From a virus (taxonomy: Duplodnaviria > Heunggongvirae > Uroviricota > Caudoviricetes), in IMG/VR virus record IMGVR_UViG_2529292906_000009, positions 1-64,000 of that record: a stretch of DNA of 64,000 nucleotides. The stretch is one strand, 5' to 3'. Both the position numbers and the translations under genes were made by a program. This document shows, one piece after another, positions 1-9,768 of this stretch. Below the pieces are notes generated by a model. It did no database searches and was not told the DNA's origin. It saw nothing but the letters and a program-made list of their open reading frames with translations. Within the stretch, counting starts at the first letter, position 1. The number at the start of each line of letters is the position of its first letter.

Positions 1-11
1 TACGAAGTTAT
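1..11. other. loxP: partial loxP recombination site (last 11 nt of the right arm; rest lies before window start)
   Basis: Window begins TACGAAGTTAT, matching the 3' end of the 34-bp P1 loxP site; position next to coi-c1 fits the P1 map. Confidence 0.5.
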
Positions 12-54
12 TAGGTCTGAAGAGGAGTTTACGTCCAGCTGCGCATAAAAATCA

Positions 55-71
55 AGAATTATTAGAGCAAT
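55..71 (-). promoter_or_regulatory. C1 repressor operator (15/17 match to ATTGCTCTAATAAATTT, reverse orientation)
   Basis: agaattattagagcaat read directly; matches the recalled asymmetric P1 C1 operator consensus. Confidence 0.6.
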
Positions 72-130
72 AAATTTTGAGAGAAAAATCCCACTCCACC
101 AGCCAAAAACTGGATTGTTTTTCATAGTTG

Positions 131-157
131 TTTGACAATTGCTCTAATAAATTATAG
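131..157 (+). promoter_or_regulatory. C1 operator (16/17, 137-153) overlapping a sigma70-like promoter (-35 TTGACA 131-136, -10 TATAGT 152-157) reading toward coi-c1
   Basis: ATTGCTCTAATAAATTA sits between the -35 and -10 hexamers; arrangement as in the P1 immC autoregulated promoter region. Confidence 0.6.
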
Positions 158-392
158 TTTTGCCGCCGTTTCGTAATACGACTTTGGATTCACTATTTAA
201 TGTGTCTTCAGCGTTGTAGAGCGGCTCAGAAGGAAATGAGCAAACAGGGAAACCTTATACAACGGCATTACAGCTATGCATTGCTCATCTTACACACAGC
301 GCAATGTTGTTAGATTACCCCAGCATGGATCATGGGTGAAACAGTAGGTCAGAGCTTCAGGCTCTGTGTTGTCAATACAGTGAGGCATAATT

Positions 393-602
393 ATGGCTTT
401 CATTCCACCAACCATCGACGACGTTAGACATTGCTCTAACGCTTTATCTGTAGACCCCGCCGAAACCGACGCTGCCCGCGCCATTGCTGAACACTACTCA
501 AAGATATCCAATCAGGAGTACCGCATCACCCAAGACGACCTGGATGATCTCACTGACACAATCGAATATCTCATGGCCACTAACCAGCCAGACTCACAAT
601 AA
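393..602 (+). CDS. coi: Coi-like C1 inactivator (69 aa)
   Basis: 69-aa ORF directly upstream of c1 on the same strand; size and position match recalled P1 Coi. Confidence 0.55.
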   Translation: MAFIPPTIDDVRHCSNALSVDPAETDAARAIAEHYSKISNQEYRITQDDLDDLTDTIEYLMATNQPDSQ

Positions 603-712
603 ATGCACTAATAAATCTATTATTTTCGTTGGATCCTTCTATAATGGTGGCCAACAACTCCCAGTGTAATCCGCTGTGAGTTGTTGGCCATGTCAATTCT
701 GGAGGAGGATCA

Positions 713-1537
713 ATGATAAATTATGTCTACGGCGAACAACTGTACCAGGAGTTCGTCAGCTTCAGGGATCTCTTTCTAAAAAAAGCTGTTGCACGCGCCC
801 AACACGTTGATGCCGCCAGCGACGGTCGTCCTGTTCGCCCGGTTGTCGTCCTGCCGTTCAAAGAAACGGACAGCATTCAGGCTGAAATTGATAAATGGAC
901 TTTAATGGCGCGAGAACTGGAACAGTACCCAGACCTCAATATCCCAAAGACTATTTTATATCCAGTGCCTAACATCCTTCGCGGTGTGCGTAAGGTTACA
1001 ACTTATCAGACAGAAGCTGTGAACAGCGTCAACATGACCGCTGGCCGCATTATTCATCTGATTGATAAGGACATTCGCATCCAGAAAAGCGCGGGGATCA
1101 ATGAGCACAGTGCGAAATACATAGAGAACCTGGAAGCAACAAAAGAGCTAATGAAGCAGTACCCGGAGGATGAAAAATTCCGTATGCGTGTACACGGCTT
1201 TAGCGAAACAATGCTGCGCGTCCATTACATTTCCAGTAGCCCTAACTACAATGATGGTAAATCAGTTAGTTACCATGTGCCGCTGTGTGGTGTGTTTATC
1301 TGCGATGAAACTCTCCGTGATGGAATCATCATCAACGGTGAATTCGAAAAAGCAAAATTTAGCCTTTATGACTCTATAGAACCGATCATCTGCGACCGCT
1401 GGCCGCAGGCAAAAATATATCGCCTGGCAGATATTGAAAATGTAAAAAACAAATTGCCATCACTCGCGAAGAGAAAAAGGTCAAATCAGCCGCATCAGTT
1501 ACGCGCAGCCGTAAAACTAAGAAGGGGCAGCCAGTAA
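713..1537 (+). CDS. c1: C1 immunity repressor; 274-aa frame as read, probable frameshift in an A6 tract near the 3' end
   Basis: N-terminal ~245 aa recognised as P1 C1; many copies of its operator in the window; the alternative frame after 1445-1450 stays open to 1561 and gives 283 aa, the recalled C1 length. Confidence 0.75.
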   Translation: MINYVYGEQLYQEFVSFRDLFLKKAVARAQHVDAASDGRPVRPVVVLPFKETDSIQAEIDKWTLMARELEQYPDLNIPKTILYPVPNILRGVRKVTTYQTEAVNSVNMTAGRIIHLIDKDIRIQKSAGINEHSAKYIENLEATKELMKQYPEDEKFRMRVHGFSETMLRVHYISSSPNYNDGKSVSYHVPLCGVFICDETLRDGIIINGEFEKAKFSLYDSIEPIICDRWPQAKIYRLADIENVKNKLPSLAKRKRSNQPHQLRAAVKLRRGSQ

Positions 1538-1587
1538 ACGACAACCCCGAAAGCGCGCAATAGTTTCTATCCGGCATGGTCAATGAG

Positions 1588-3072
1588 TTATTCATTAAGC
1601 CATGCCAGAGCTTCATCAACCTGCGCTTCGTCTTCGACGCTAAGCACTTCATCCTGGGGAACATAATCCGCCAGCATAGCGAAACAATATGTATCCCAAT
1701 GGTCTGGTGAGTGCAGGTTGAGTTTTTTCTTCATATCCTCCTTACTCATCACCTTCCATTGACCTGCGGAGTTAATCCCTACAGGGATTTTCGACGCTTC
1801 CTCAATAGTTTCATTACCCTTATCCAGTCTCATACGACCAGATTTTACGGCCTCTGCGGCTTGAACGTTGGCATAAGCACGTTTATCAAAGTACAGGCTC
1901 TTATCTTCACGGCTATGCATCTTTTTACCCCAGCGTATACGCTGTACGGTAATACCATAATACTCGTACATCAGATCCGCCGTTGCTTTACCCAGCCCAT
2001 CGCCGTCTATCGCTATGGTGATATTTGGGAATCGCTCAGGATTACATTCTGCGAAAATTTTGGCGGCAAGCTGCGTTTCTGTAACGTCTGTGTATTCCAG
2101 CATTCGATAGTTGATTACACGGCGTTTATTTCTCTGGCCGGACACCATCATGATATTGATAACGGACTTATCCCGTCCCGTACCACCAGCAACGTCCACA
2201 CATGCAAGCCAGCCCCATCCTTTGGCAATCTTGACTTTCCGCCGCGTCGCACGTTCAACCTCATCACGTCCAAGAAGGAAGCCATCCTGTGATTTAGGGA
2301 ATAGTCCGCGTACCTTAATCATGTACATAGGGTTATCACGCCCGCCGTACTCCGCCAGCTTCATTTTGATAAATGCTGGCGTTACCAGCGGTGATTCCTC
2401 ACTGTTAAGCGTGATCGCCGTATAAACGCCATCAGGGTTACCAGGACGCTTGGCCAGTTTATGGTGAGTATCGTAGAAATAGCCGCTTGGGCGTGTAGGC
2501 TGTGACAGTAATAAGATGCGGTTATCCTGTCCGGTAAGAGCACCGGTGATGATACCGAAAGCTCTATCACTGACACCGGAGGCTTCATCGATAATATACA
2601 GAAGATGATCTGCGTGTTCACCGGCGAGAGCTTCTTCACTTCCCAGACGAAAGCCCTTCGGTACTACAGTCCATACACCTTTACCAGTAACCTCATAGAA
2701 AGCGGTTTCTGTCAGAACAAAATAATCAGCAAGCCATGGAAAACGGCTGGTGGCAGTAGCCCAGTTTATCTTGATGTACTTGAATATACCGGTCATTACC
2801 TGCTGAATTTTGTTCGCAACGATAATGGCGCGGGCACCGGGATACATGATTATGAACAACATGATCATGATAGAAGTCATGTCTGATTTCCCGGTACCGT
2901 GACCAGACGAAACAGATGTCTTGCTACCCTGTTCCTGCACAGACTCAATAATCAGATCCTGCTGCCAGGTAGGTGTTTTGCCGAACAAAACATCAGCGGC
3001 AGCAATCCAGTCATAACGATATAGCGCCACCAGCTCGCGCCAACGTGGATCCGTTACGCAACTTCTGGCCAT
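1588..3072 (-). CDS. pacB: terminase large subunit (494 aa)
   Basis: Terminase large-subunit fold recognised; start overlaps pacA stop; size equals recalled P1 PacB. Confidence 0.85.
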   Translation of the reverse strand: MARSCVTDPRWRELVALYRYDWIAAADVLFGKTPTWQQDLIIESVQEQGSKTSVSSGHGTGKSDMTSIMIMLFIIMYPGARAIIVANKIQQVMTGIFKYIKINWATATSRFPWLADYFVLTETAFYEVTGKGVWTVVPKGFRLGSEEALAGEHADHLLYIIDEASGVSDRAFGIITGALTGQDNRILLLSQPTRPSGYFYDTHHKLAKRPGNPDGVYTAITLNSEESPLVTPAFIKMKLAEYGGRDNPMYMIKVRGLFPKSQDGFLLGRDEVERATRRKVKIAKGWGWLACVDVAGGTGRDKSVINIMMVSGQRNKRRVINYRMLEYTDVTETQLAAKIFAECNPERFPNITIAIDGDGLGKATADLMYEYYGITVQRIRWGKKMHSREDKSLYFDKRAYANVQAAEAVKSGRMRLDKGNETIEEASKIPVGINSAGQWKVMSKEDMKKKLNLHSPDHWDTYCFAMLADYVPQDEVLSVEDEAQVDEALAWLNE

Positions 3073-4265
3073 TAATCATCATCCCCGTATAGCTTGCGGG
3101 TAACTTCTTCGTCTTCCTCCTCGTCTTCGTCCAGGTCTTGTTCCAGCCATGGGTCGTTTGATACACCTTCAGTATCAACATCTCCATAACCGCCTGTATC
3201 AACGATATCGGCGATTTCTTCCCTACGCTGCTCAATCCACAATGCGGCATCGGCGCGGCGGTTGGCGGCCCGTTCTCGCGCAACTTTGTCCAGATCTTCA
3301 AGAGAAGGGCCACCGACGGCTGTTTGCCTTTCCTCATCATCGGTATTGGTCTTAGGAGCACGCAGATCGGCTTTGATTTGCTCCAGCATCAGGGGCGGCA
3401 CTTTTCCGCCATGCGCCTCGATGAATTCAGCTGCTTCCAGCACTGACCAGTTATTTTCACGCTTTCGTTCGTATGCCAGCTTAACAATGCCAGCTTGCCC
3501 CATAGATAAAGCGTGCTTTTCCGCCTCCCGGCTTTCTTTTCGATAGTTATTCCGGATGCTGTAAATGGTGTTGATCAGGCTGCTTATCTGCGCGGAACAG
3601 CTGTTTAGCATGCTCGCGATACGATATTCAGGCGGAGTCCCTTCATCATCGTCTTTTTGCTGATCGCGCATTTCCTGCACCAGACGAATACACGTATCCC
3701 TGGCGTTCTCCAGCATAAGGAGATGAGAAAGAGACTTTTCCAGAAGAGTGGTTTCCAGAACATCGGCCCCGGACCGACGCAACATAGCGCGCGCGGCCTT
3801 CCGCGCTTCAACGTTATCTATCAGGTAATCGCCAGCTTCGAATTCAAAGCGTTCACCATCATCATCCAGGGTGTCGCGTTCCAGGCGATCACGTAAGGTC
3901 CGGTGGGCGCGGGTGATCACGTCATGATCATCAGAACGATCATTTATGCGCTTATTTTGGCGCTTCGCATTCTCGACTGCGGCACTGACAACGGCATTAA
4001 CCCTTTGTTTTTCCGCTATTTCAGCCGCAATGTGATCACCTGCATGTTGATCATTAGAGTGATCAATGATCATGCTTTTTAGTGGCTTCCTGACTGGCTT
4101 ATTTGGCTTGCGGCTGTCCGCTGTCCTGGTGTCTTCTTTGAAGGCACGGAGATAACGACGTGCAGTATTAGGGTTAAGATTAAACTCGGCGGCATACTGT
4201 GCGATGGTGTAACCACCATCTCGCGCCAGGCGAGCAAAATTCTTCTTGTGATCGTCCCAGGTCAC
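3072..4265 (-). CDS. pacA: terminase small subunit / pac recognition protein (397 aa)
   Basis: 397-aa ORF with acidic C-terminus upstream of pacB; contains the GATC-rich pac site in its 5' third. Confidence 0.8.
   Translation of the reverse strand: MTWDDHKKNFARLARDGGYTIAQYAAEFNLNPNTARRYLRAFKEDTRTADSRKPNKPVRKPLKSMIIDHSNDQHAGDHIAAEIAEKQRVNAVVSAAVENAKRQNKRINDRSDDHDVITRAHRTLRDRLERDTLDDDGERFEFEAGDYLIDNVEARKAARAMLRRSGADVLETTLLEKSLSHLLMLENARDTCIRLVQEMRDQQKDDDEGTPPEYRIASMLNSCSAQISSLINTIYSIRNNYRKESREAEKHALSMGQAGIVKLAYERKRENNWSVLEAAEFIEAHGGKVPPLMLEQIKADLRAPKTNTDDEERQTAVGGPSLEDLDKVARERAANRRADAALWIEQRREEIADIVDTGGYGDVDTEGVSNDPWLEQDLDEDEEEDEEVTRKLYGDDD
3880..4075. promoter_or_regulatory. pac: pac packaging site: two clusters of four GATC-containing TGATCA-type hexamers
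   Basis: GATC at about 3888, 3915, 3926, 3938 and at 4033, 4049, 4060, 4068 inside pacA; matches the known Dam-methylation-regulated P1 pac architecture. Confidence 0.6.
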
Positions 4266-4350
4266 TTATGCTTCCTTTCGTAAAAACTCTTTTTGACGCG
4301 AGGGTAACGAAAGTCACATGTCAAAAGGCCCGGAACGGGCAAGCAATCAA

Positions 4351-4803
4351 TCAGATACGTGCGGATGTGGCATTACCGTAATGACGGTGCTGACGGGCCA
4401 CCTTATTGAAAAGTTGACGCGCCATTACCCAAGGCTGGTGCTCCCGGCGTTCCTTTTCGTCCTGCGTCATATAGAGTTCGTTCTGGAGTTTTTCATCAAA
4501 CCGGCGCGGAGCGCGGCTACGGCGAAAGAATTCAGGATTCAGAGAGTGGATCTGAAATCTACGTGGGCGTGTACTGTCATCAATCAAAACAGACGAATAC
4601 TTAGACACAGCGATAGCCTTTAAGCGCAGATAAACATCGCGCTTATCGACATCCAGATGCGGGTATTCCTTTTCAAGAATTGCTGCGAGTTCTTTCGCTG
4701 ATAGAAGAGATTTAGTGCGGATCATGTAATCCGCAATCTCGTACGATGTTATTCGTGAGTGATTTATTTCCATGAAGTGGCGTCCCTGCCAGTTAAGTAA
4801 CAT
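4351..4803 (-). CDS. lpa: late promoter activator-like protein (start may be the internal Met at 4773)
   Basis: About 140-150-aa ORF immediately upstream of pacA with a C1 operator just upstream; positional match to P1 lpa. Confidence 0.5.
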   Translation of the reverse strand: MLLNWQGRHFMEINHSRITSYEIADYMIRTKSLLSAKELAAILEKEYPHLDVDKRDVYLRLKAIAVSKYSSVLIDDSTRPRRFQIHSLNPEFFRRSRAPRRFDEKLQNELYMTQDEKERREHQPWVMARQLFNKVARQHRHYGNATSARI

Positions 4804-4873
4804 CCTGTCACCTACTGATTAGCCCATGTCAACTAATCAACGTGGAATATAATACCCTCGATTAAAGAAATAG

Positions 4874-4890
4874 CAATACATTAGAGCAAT
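4874..4890 (-). promoter_or_regulatory. C1 operator (14/17) upstream of the lpa-pacAB transcription unit
   Basis: caatacattagagcaat read directly. Confidence 0.5.
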
Positions 4891-4891
4891 T

Positions 4892-5935
4892 TTATCTAAC
4901 GCTCGACGAGTGACTTGTGATAGCGCCGACTCCAAGCGCGTAATCAAAGAACAATCGTTGATGCATCGCCAGCCTACCGTGCGTCTTCTCCCAATTATCG
5001 CGGTCACGCTCAATATCACGCTGGCATGACTGGCACAGAGGAATAGCATAAATGTCATGCGCGCATAATCGACTATGACGAACGATATAAGGCGTAATGT
5101 GAGCGCCAGCTCCCGCAGCTCCACAGCCACAGCATGGACGGGAAGCCACAAAGTCCATGTACTCGGGCAATTTTAGCGATTGAAGTTTTGGTATTTTGAA
5201 ATGCGCCATACCTGGGTCGGAGTCAACATCCACAGGGCATACTTTTGCACGCATCGGCGCGGCGCGTTCTTCCATCATCTGAACATATGCTGTAGCGCGA
5301 TCGTCATACGGGCGAATATCCGCCTCTTTCAGAGGTCCGCTATCCTGCGGAGTAGCCTTCATCTTATTTATTGATATGCGGCAGACTTCTTCCGGCATCA
5401 GGTGCATCATGTTGCGCATGAAAGCCCACCAGCACAGCTCCTGAATACTTAAATCATGGCTATTTGAAAGGCCCATTTCCTGACGGGCGACATCCAGTAT
5501 CCAGTTAACGCGATTATTGTGCAGCGTTTCTTTCAGCTCATTAAAACCACGCATCCGGTAATGGTTATCGTGATGCCAGCACAACAACACCGCGCTATTG
5601 TCTCGTTCAGCGTGGACAATATGGTTGTCACACCAACTACGATCTGCGGCCTGGCATTGACCCTCTTTCCTACGCAACCACGCCACCAGCGCGTCAATTC
5701 CACCAATACGGCGAAACAGTTCATCGCTGTTAAAAAACGGCTGCAACGCCTCATTTGTTGCCATGGTTTGCTCGGTAACAACGAGGCCGTCTTCCATGTG
5801 CTCGATTAACTCACGCGGCACCGGCTCCATGATAAATTTACGGCCAGCCTCCACCAGCTTTCTGACCTCCTGATCCACTTTGAACGTGGCGAGGCCAAGC
5901 TCTTTCTGTACAAAGGGAGTAATTACGGCTTTCAC
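4892..5935 (-). CDS. hypothetical protein with Cys-rich C-terminal region (pdcB position)
   Basis: 347-aa ORF between doc and lpa; clustered Cys/His near the C-terminus; name only by synteny with P1. Confidence 0.5.
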   Translation of the reverse strand: MKAVITPFVQKELGLATFKVDQEVRKLVEAGRKFIMEPVPRELIEHMEDGLVVTEQTMATNEALQPFFNSDELFRRIGGIDALVAWLRRKEGQCQAADRSWCDNHIVHAERDNSAVLLCWHHDNHYRMRGFNELKETLHNNRVNWILDVARQEMGLSNSHDLSIQELCWWAFMRNMMHLMPEEVCRISINKMKATPQDSGPLKEADIRPYDDRATAYVQMMEERAAPMRAKVCPVDVDSDPGMAHFKIPKLQSLKLPEYMDFVASRPCCGCGAAGAGAHITPYIVRHSRLCAHDIYAIPLCQSCQRDIERDRDNWEKTHGRLAMHQRLFFDYALGVGAITSHSSSVR

Positions 5936-5962
5936 ATCACACCTTTAATCACTGATTGGGCT

Positions 5963-6142
5963 TTATCTGCTGCCCGGCATTCTCTGTTTAAGCACAACCA
6001 TTTCCTGACGGCATAACACAGCAATAGCGGTCCTGACTCCAATTTGCTTACCAACCAGGTATTGCTTTACCTTGCGGCGACTCACGCCATCAAGAAGCAT
6101 CTTTAACGCTTCACGGGACAATTTGTTGTATTTGCGTGCCAT
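5963..6142 (-). CDS. small basic protein (pdcA position)
   Basis: About 59-aa ORF just downstream of doc; start chosen at the internal Met. Confidence 0.35.
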   Translation of the reverse strand: MARKYNKLSREALKMLLDGVSRRKVKQYLVGKQIGVRTAIAVLCRQEMVVLKQRMPGSR

Positions 6143-6146
6143 TAAT

Positions 6147-6527
6147 CTACTCCGCAGAACCATACAATCTACGTAACGTGTCGGCGACAGAAGATACAGA
6201 TATCTCGCCAGTCGCAGCGCCTACAGTAAGGTCTGCCAGTTCAGGTGAATCAAATACCTGCACCCCGTTACGGCGTAGAAATAGCAGCGCACTGTTTAGC
6301 GCGGTACGCTTATTGGCATCATTGAATATATGCCCTCTCGCTGTAGCCACCAGGTAGGTGGCGGAGACTTCGAAAAGGTCGGTGATCTCTTCGTAGGCAA
6401 CTCTGGCCTGAACTCTCCCGATAATGGCCTCTGCCCTACCCGGATCTGACATTCCCGGCAGGCCGCCGTAGCGGCTTATATTCGCATCATGAAGCGCAAT
6501 AAGTTCTTCCGGTGATATATGCCTCAT
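6147..6527 (-). CDS. doc: Doc toxin (Fic/Doc family), 126 aa
   Basis: Sequence recognised as P1 Doc (death on curing); coupled to phd. Confidence 0.85.
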
Positions 6528-6748
6528 TATCGGTTAACCAGTTCCTTGTTGGTGGAGTCCAGGGTGTCAAACAGGGATGCAAATTCAGCATCCAGCGCCG
6601 CTTTTTTGTAGGCTTCGAAAGTAGCCTTGCTGACAATTACTGCTGGCTCACGGCCTCTGCGGGTGATTTCAACCTCTTCCCCGGCTTCAACATTGTTGAG
6701 CACTTCAGAAAGGTTGCCACGCGCGGTACGGAAGTTAATGGATTGCAT
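6527..6748 (-). CDS. phd: Phd antitoxin (Phd/YefM family), 73 aa from the second Met
   Basis: [16 protein letters not shown]... recognised as P1 Phd; stop overlaps doc start. Confidence 0.85.
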
Positions 6749-6820
6749 AAACACCTCGTGTACTCGTTATGTGTACACAATTATAAACTTCACAGGCATA
6801 AAGCACCAGCACTTTGCAGC

Positions 6821-7210
6821 TTAAATAACCGGACAATCATCAAATTCCCCACTTCGGGCATCATTGATGACATGAGTGATCACACCAAAAACAGCATTAC
6901 TGCCCGTGTATCCATCGTCATCTACTGGTAACGCCTCTTTCTTCCCGGTGCTTAAATCCTCCAGGTGCTGGCGCGGATACTTCCTGTATCTCTTTATGCG
7001 ATATTCACCCTCCATAGCGCACACAAGCAGAGAACCATCAACCGGAGTAAGCGAGGAATCAACCACCAGCAAAGCACCCTGCAATATTCCCTCACGGTGA
7101 TGGCTATCAGCTGCCCGCATGAAGTAGGTTGCTGATGGATGCCTGATTAGTTGCTGATCAAGAGAAATTCGGCTTTCAACATAATCCGCCGCAGGAGAAG
7201 GGAAGCCCAT
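6821..7210 (-). CDS. humD: UmuD'-like S24 peptidase-fold protein lacking the N-terminal autocleavage arm
   Basis: Aligns to E. coli UmuD from the post-cleavage Gly onward (GFPSPAADY...); catalytic Ser and Lys positions conserved; LexA box 20 bp upstream. Confidence 0.8.
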   Translation of the reverse strand: MGFPSPAADYVESRISLDQQLIRHPSATYFMRAADSHHREGILQGALLVVDSSLTPVDGSLLVCAMEGEYRIKRYRKYPRQHLEDLSTGKKEALPVDDDGYTGSNAVFGVITHVINDARSGEFDDCPVI

Positions 7211-7229
7211 AGCGTTTTCACCTCAATAA

Positions 7230-7249
7230 TACTGTTCATTTATACAGTA
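7230..7249. promoter_or_regulatory. LexA (SOS) box TACTGTTCATTTATACAGTA
   Basis: CTGT-N8-ACAG palindrome, close match to the E. coli LexA box consensus; in the divergent intergenic region between humD and 7385..8326. Confidence 0.7.
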
Positions 7250-7384
7250 TACATTAAAGAGACACCTTTGGTGCAAACGCGTTACGTACATCAACCACCG
7301 CTGATGATTTTGTGCTCTTTGCTACTATTCATCACCAACGGATCAGCGTAACCTCGTTGCCAATCAGTTAATAAGGAATTAGCT

Positions 7385-7969
7385 ATGCCTAATCGCATTC
7401 CTCTCGCTCCTGTATTGCCCAAAAATTTTGACTGCACTCCTAACGAGAAACGCTCTAAAGCTCAGCTGGACGCCTGGTGGGACCATCCATATGGGGTTAC
7501 ACAACCTGACGGGAAAATTGTAGTTTATTGTCTGAATGGTGGGGCGTGGGACCGTCCATCCGTGCTTTGTTTGGCAGATAACTATGATGAAGCCTGTGAA
7601 CTTGCCGAAAGACAGCAGGCAAGCTGGGTAAAAACACGGTCTGAACCGACATTCATGTTTTCAAAAGAACCGCCATTTATACTGGCGAGGATGCCGCAGC
7701 GACCGGATCATCAACAAGAAATTGTTGCTGAATTTTCCTCTAGGGATGAGATGAATCTCTTCTCATTAAAGCAGGAAGAAAGGGATCGCGTCGAAGTGTC
7801 TCCAACTCTCGACCACAACCGGATGAACCTGGCCCAACTCGCCTGGTACAGCAAAGAATTAGAGATGTCTATTGCCCGACTTGAAAACGAAAAAGCCGCT
7901 ATCCAAGCCCAGCATGAAGTAGTTCTGAACCGGATTAGAGAAATGCAAAACGATAACAGGGGATTTTGA
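7385..7969 (+). CDS. hypothetical protein (194 aa), first gene of a two-gene module downstream of the LexA box
   Basis: Long ORF starting 135 bp from the LexA box; stop overlaps the next start (TGAATG); no recognisable domain. Confidence 0.5.
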   Translation: MPNRIPLAPVLPKNFDCTPNEKRSKAQLDAWWDHPYGVTQPDGKIVVYCLNGGAWDRPSVLCLADNYDEACELAERQQASWVKTRSEPTFMFSKEPPFILARMPQRPDHQQEIVAEFSSRDEMNLFSLKQEERDRVEVSPTLDHNRMNLAQLAWYSKELEMSIARLENEKAAIQAQHEVVLNRIREMQNDNRGF

Positions 7970-8326
7970 ATGGCTAAAATCGAGTACCATCGCGATCGCG
8001 GTAATTACCTGGAAATATACGATCATGAATCTCTTAACGATATCAACGATGCGTTATATGAATACTGTGAAAAAACGAGCATCACAGATGCACCTGATGC
8101 ATTTGTCGAGCTACCGGTATATCTCCGCGACATCTATGCAATACGAACACCGCCCGTATCGGTGATCCACATTGGCTATGTCCGCCTGTCCATCGAAGAA
8201 GATGAAGATCGTTATATCGTGCGCCACTATACATTGGACAGAAAAGAACTTCCTAATGAATGGAACATGAGTAATTTCTACAACGGTGAATATGGCTTAA
8301 AATCCACTAATAATTTACGGTCATAA
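7970..8326 (+). CDS. hypothetical protein (118 aa), coupled to 7385..7969
   Basis: ORF starts on the stop codon of the upstream gene; no recognisable domain. Confidence 0.5.
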   Translation: MAKIEYHRDRGNYLEIYDHESLNDINDALYEYCEKTSITDAPDAFVELPVYLRDIYAIRTPPVSVIHIGYVRLSIEEDEDRYIVRHYTLDRKELPNEWNMSNFYNGEYGLKSTNNLRS

Positions 8327-9188
8327 TCTATACAGGCATGTATAACAACAACGAGCCTATTAGCTGTCAACAACGTTATTTTCTCAAATAAGAAAAAGCA
8401 GAAAACAAATTGTTTAAGGTCACAAATTGTGGCCTTGATGGAGGAGGGAGGCTTATTGGCTATGGCTAAAAATCAAATTAGACACTTCATGTTGCTGTAG
8501 CTCATCAAGATCCGAGGCCACAAAACCTTTTCCGAAAAACTTCACAAGTAACTCACTAGCCGCATCATTGTCACCTATTACACGAAAGTCATACGGCAAC
8601 GTCGCAAGTTGACGATGTAATCCTGCTGAGAAAGTCGAATCTAACAGCGACCAGAATTCCCACCGCAGGATAATACTCGCCTCTTAATACTGTATATATG
8701 TTGTTACGATATGTTTTTCTGTCTCTAAAAAAAGATGTTAATAGAATGCTAACCATTGAAGGGGATAAAAATATACAATTCCAACAAACGTTATTTTTAA
8801 CAATTTTTTTCTTTGCGTTGACTTTCCCGGACACCTTGTCTGACCGAAGGTGCGCGAAAGCCACTTTTTCCTTCCTGAGTTATCCACAAAGTTATGCACT
8901 TGCAAGAGGGCCATTTTCTACATATTGTGGTGGCTAACAGATGAAATGAATGTAGATTAATTGAAGATAAGGAGAAAATTTGAGATGCAATCATGACGTT
9001 AATAGATAGGGTCTGCATTACAGACCCCATCCGCATCAAGGAATTAGCCGTTCCCTGATGTTGTTCCGAAAACATGTGCCGTAAGCTCACGTTAACGACT
9101 TTCTTTCACCGAATCCAACTATATAGGGGTTGGGTTTCTACGTCAACGTGAGCAAGTGCTCCTTTACATTTGACAAGGAACCACCTTA

Positions 9189-9326
9189 ATGACTGCTTTT
9201 TTTCAGTTCCTGAGTGCATTTTTAGATGCGCCTGTTATTAGCCAGATTCTGGCGATCATCCTCATCATCGTTTTGATTTTGCTTTTAAGGTCAGTAAAAA
9301 ATGGAATTATGCACTGGCTTACTTAA
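9189..9326 (+). CDS. small hydrophobic peptide (45 aa), possible membrane peptide
   Basis: MTAFFQFLSAFLDAPVISQILAIILIIVLILLLRSVKNGIMHWLT; AGGA 9 nt upstream; lies in an AT-rich region without long ORFs. Confidence 0.25.
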   Translation: MTAFFQFLSAFLDAPVISQILAIILIIVLILLLRSVKNGIMHWLT

Positions 9327-9400
9327 TGTTCAGTGAAACATTAAAATCTCCTTGATGTGGAAACAATCATTTTCTGTATGTGCTGGTGGGTACCTGTAGT

Positions 9401-9757
9401 TCAGCTTTCGTTGGCATTTAACTTCGTCTTTGCTTTCTCCACCAGCAACTTCCAGATGCCTATTTCATTAGCAGCCGCCTTGATGGCGGCATAAAAAGCA
9501 TCTTGCTGATCGTAACGCTGAATCTGTTTTTTCAGTTTTGCCTCCACCAATTTAATTTCATTACGTGCTTTCTGAAGCCGAAGCGCCGCCCGGTTACGTC
9601 TGTTCTTGTATAGCGCGTTAATCTCTGACAATTGCTTTAATTTACCAGCCTGACTGCGGATTATCGCCTCTCTGACTTCTGCCGTGCGTCTCATCTGATC
9701 TCTTAAGAGTTCACCGTTTTCGATAATTCTTTCAAGGTGTTTGATGTGATCTGCAAC
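9401..9757 (-). CDS. hypothetical protein, 5' end separated from its native start by IS2
   Basis: Frame continues from native ATG-AGA-GTT at 11099-11091 across the IS2 insertion; the first 9 codons of the tracked ORF come from the IS2 end. Confidence 0.45.
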   Translation of the reverse strand, partial: VADHIKHLERIIENGELLRDQMRRTAEVREAIIRSQAGKLKQLSEINALYKNRRNRAALRLQKARNEIKLVEAKLKKQIQRYDQQDAFYAAIKAAANEIGIWKLLVEKAKTKLNANES

Positions 9758-9768
9758 TGGATTTGCCC

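Noticed and set aside
290-484. Tracked ORF 290..484 (- strand, 64 aa) as an immC gene
   Set aside because: Overlaps the coi start region on the opposite strand and lacks start signals; the small imc genes expected near coi could not be placed confidently.
1711-2886. Antisense ORFs inside pacB (1711..2292, 2111..2425, 2605..2886) and similar shadow ORFs inside sit, dmt and ban
   Set aside because: Fully contained within strongly supported genes on the opposite strand; no independent start signals; typical shadow ORFs.
8686-8705. Second LexA box candidate (TACTGTATATAT...)
   Set aside because: Only the left half-site matches; the right half reads TGTT instead of ACAG.
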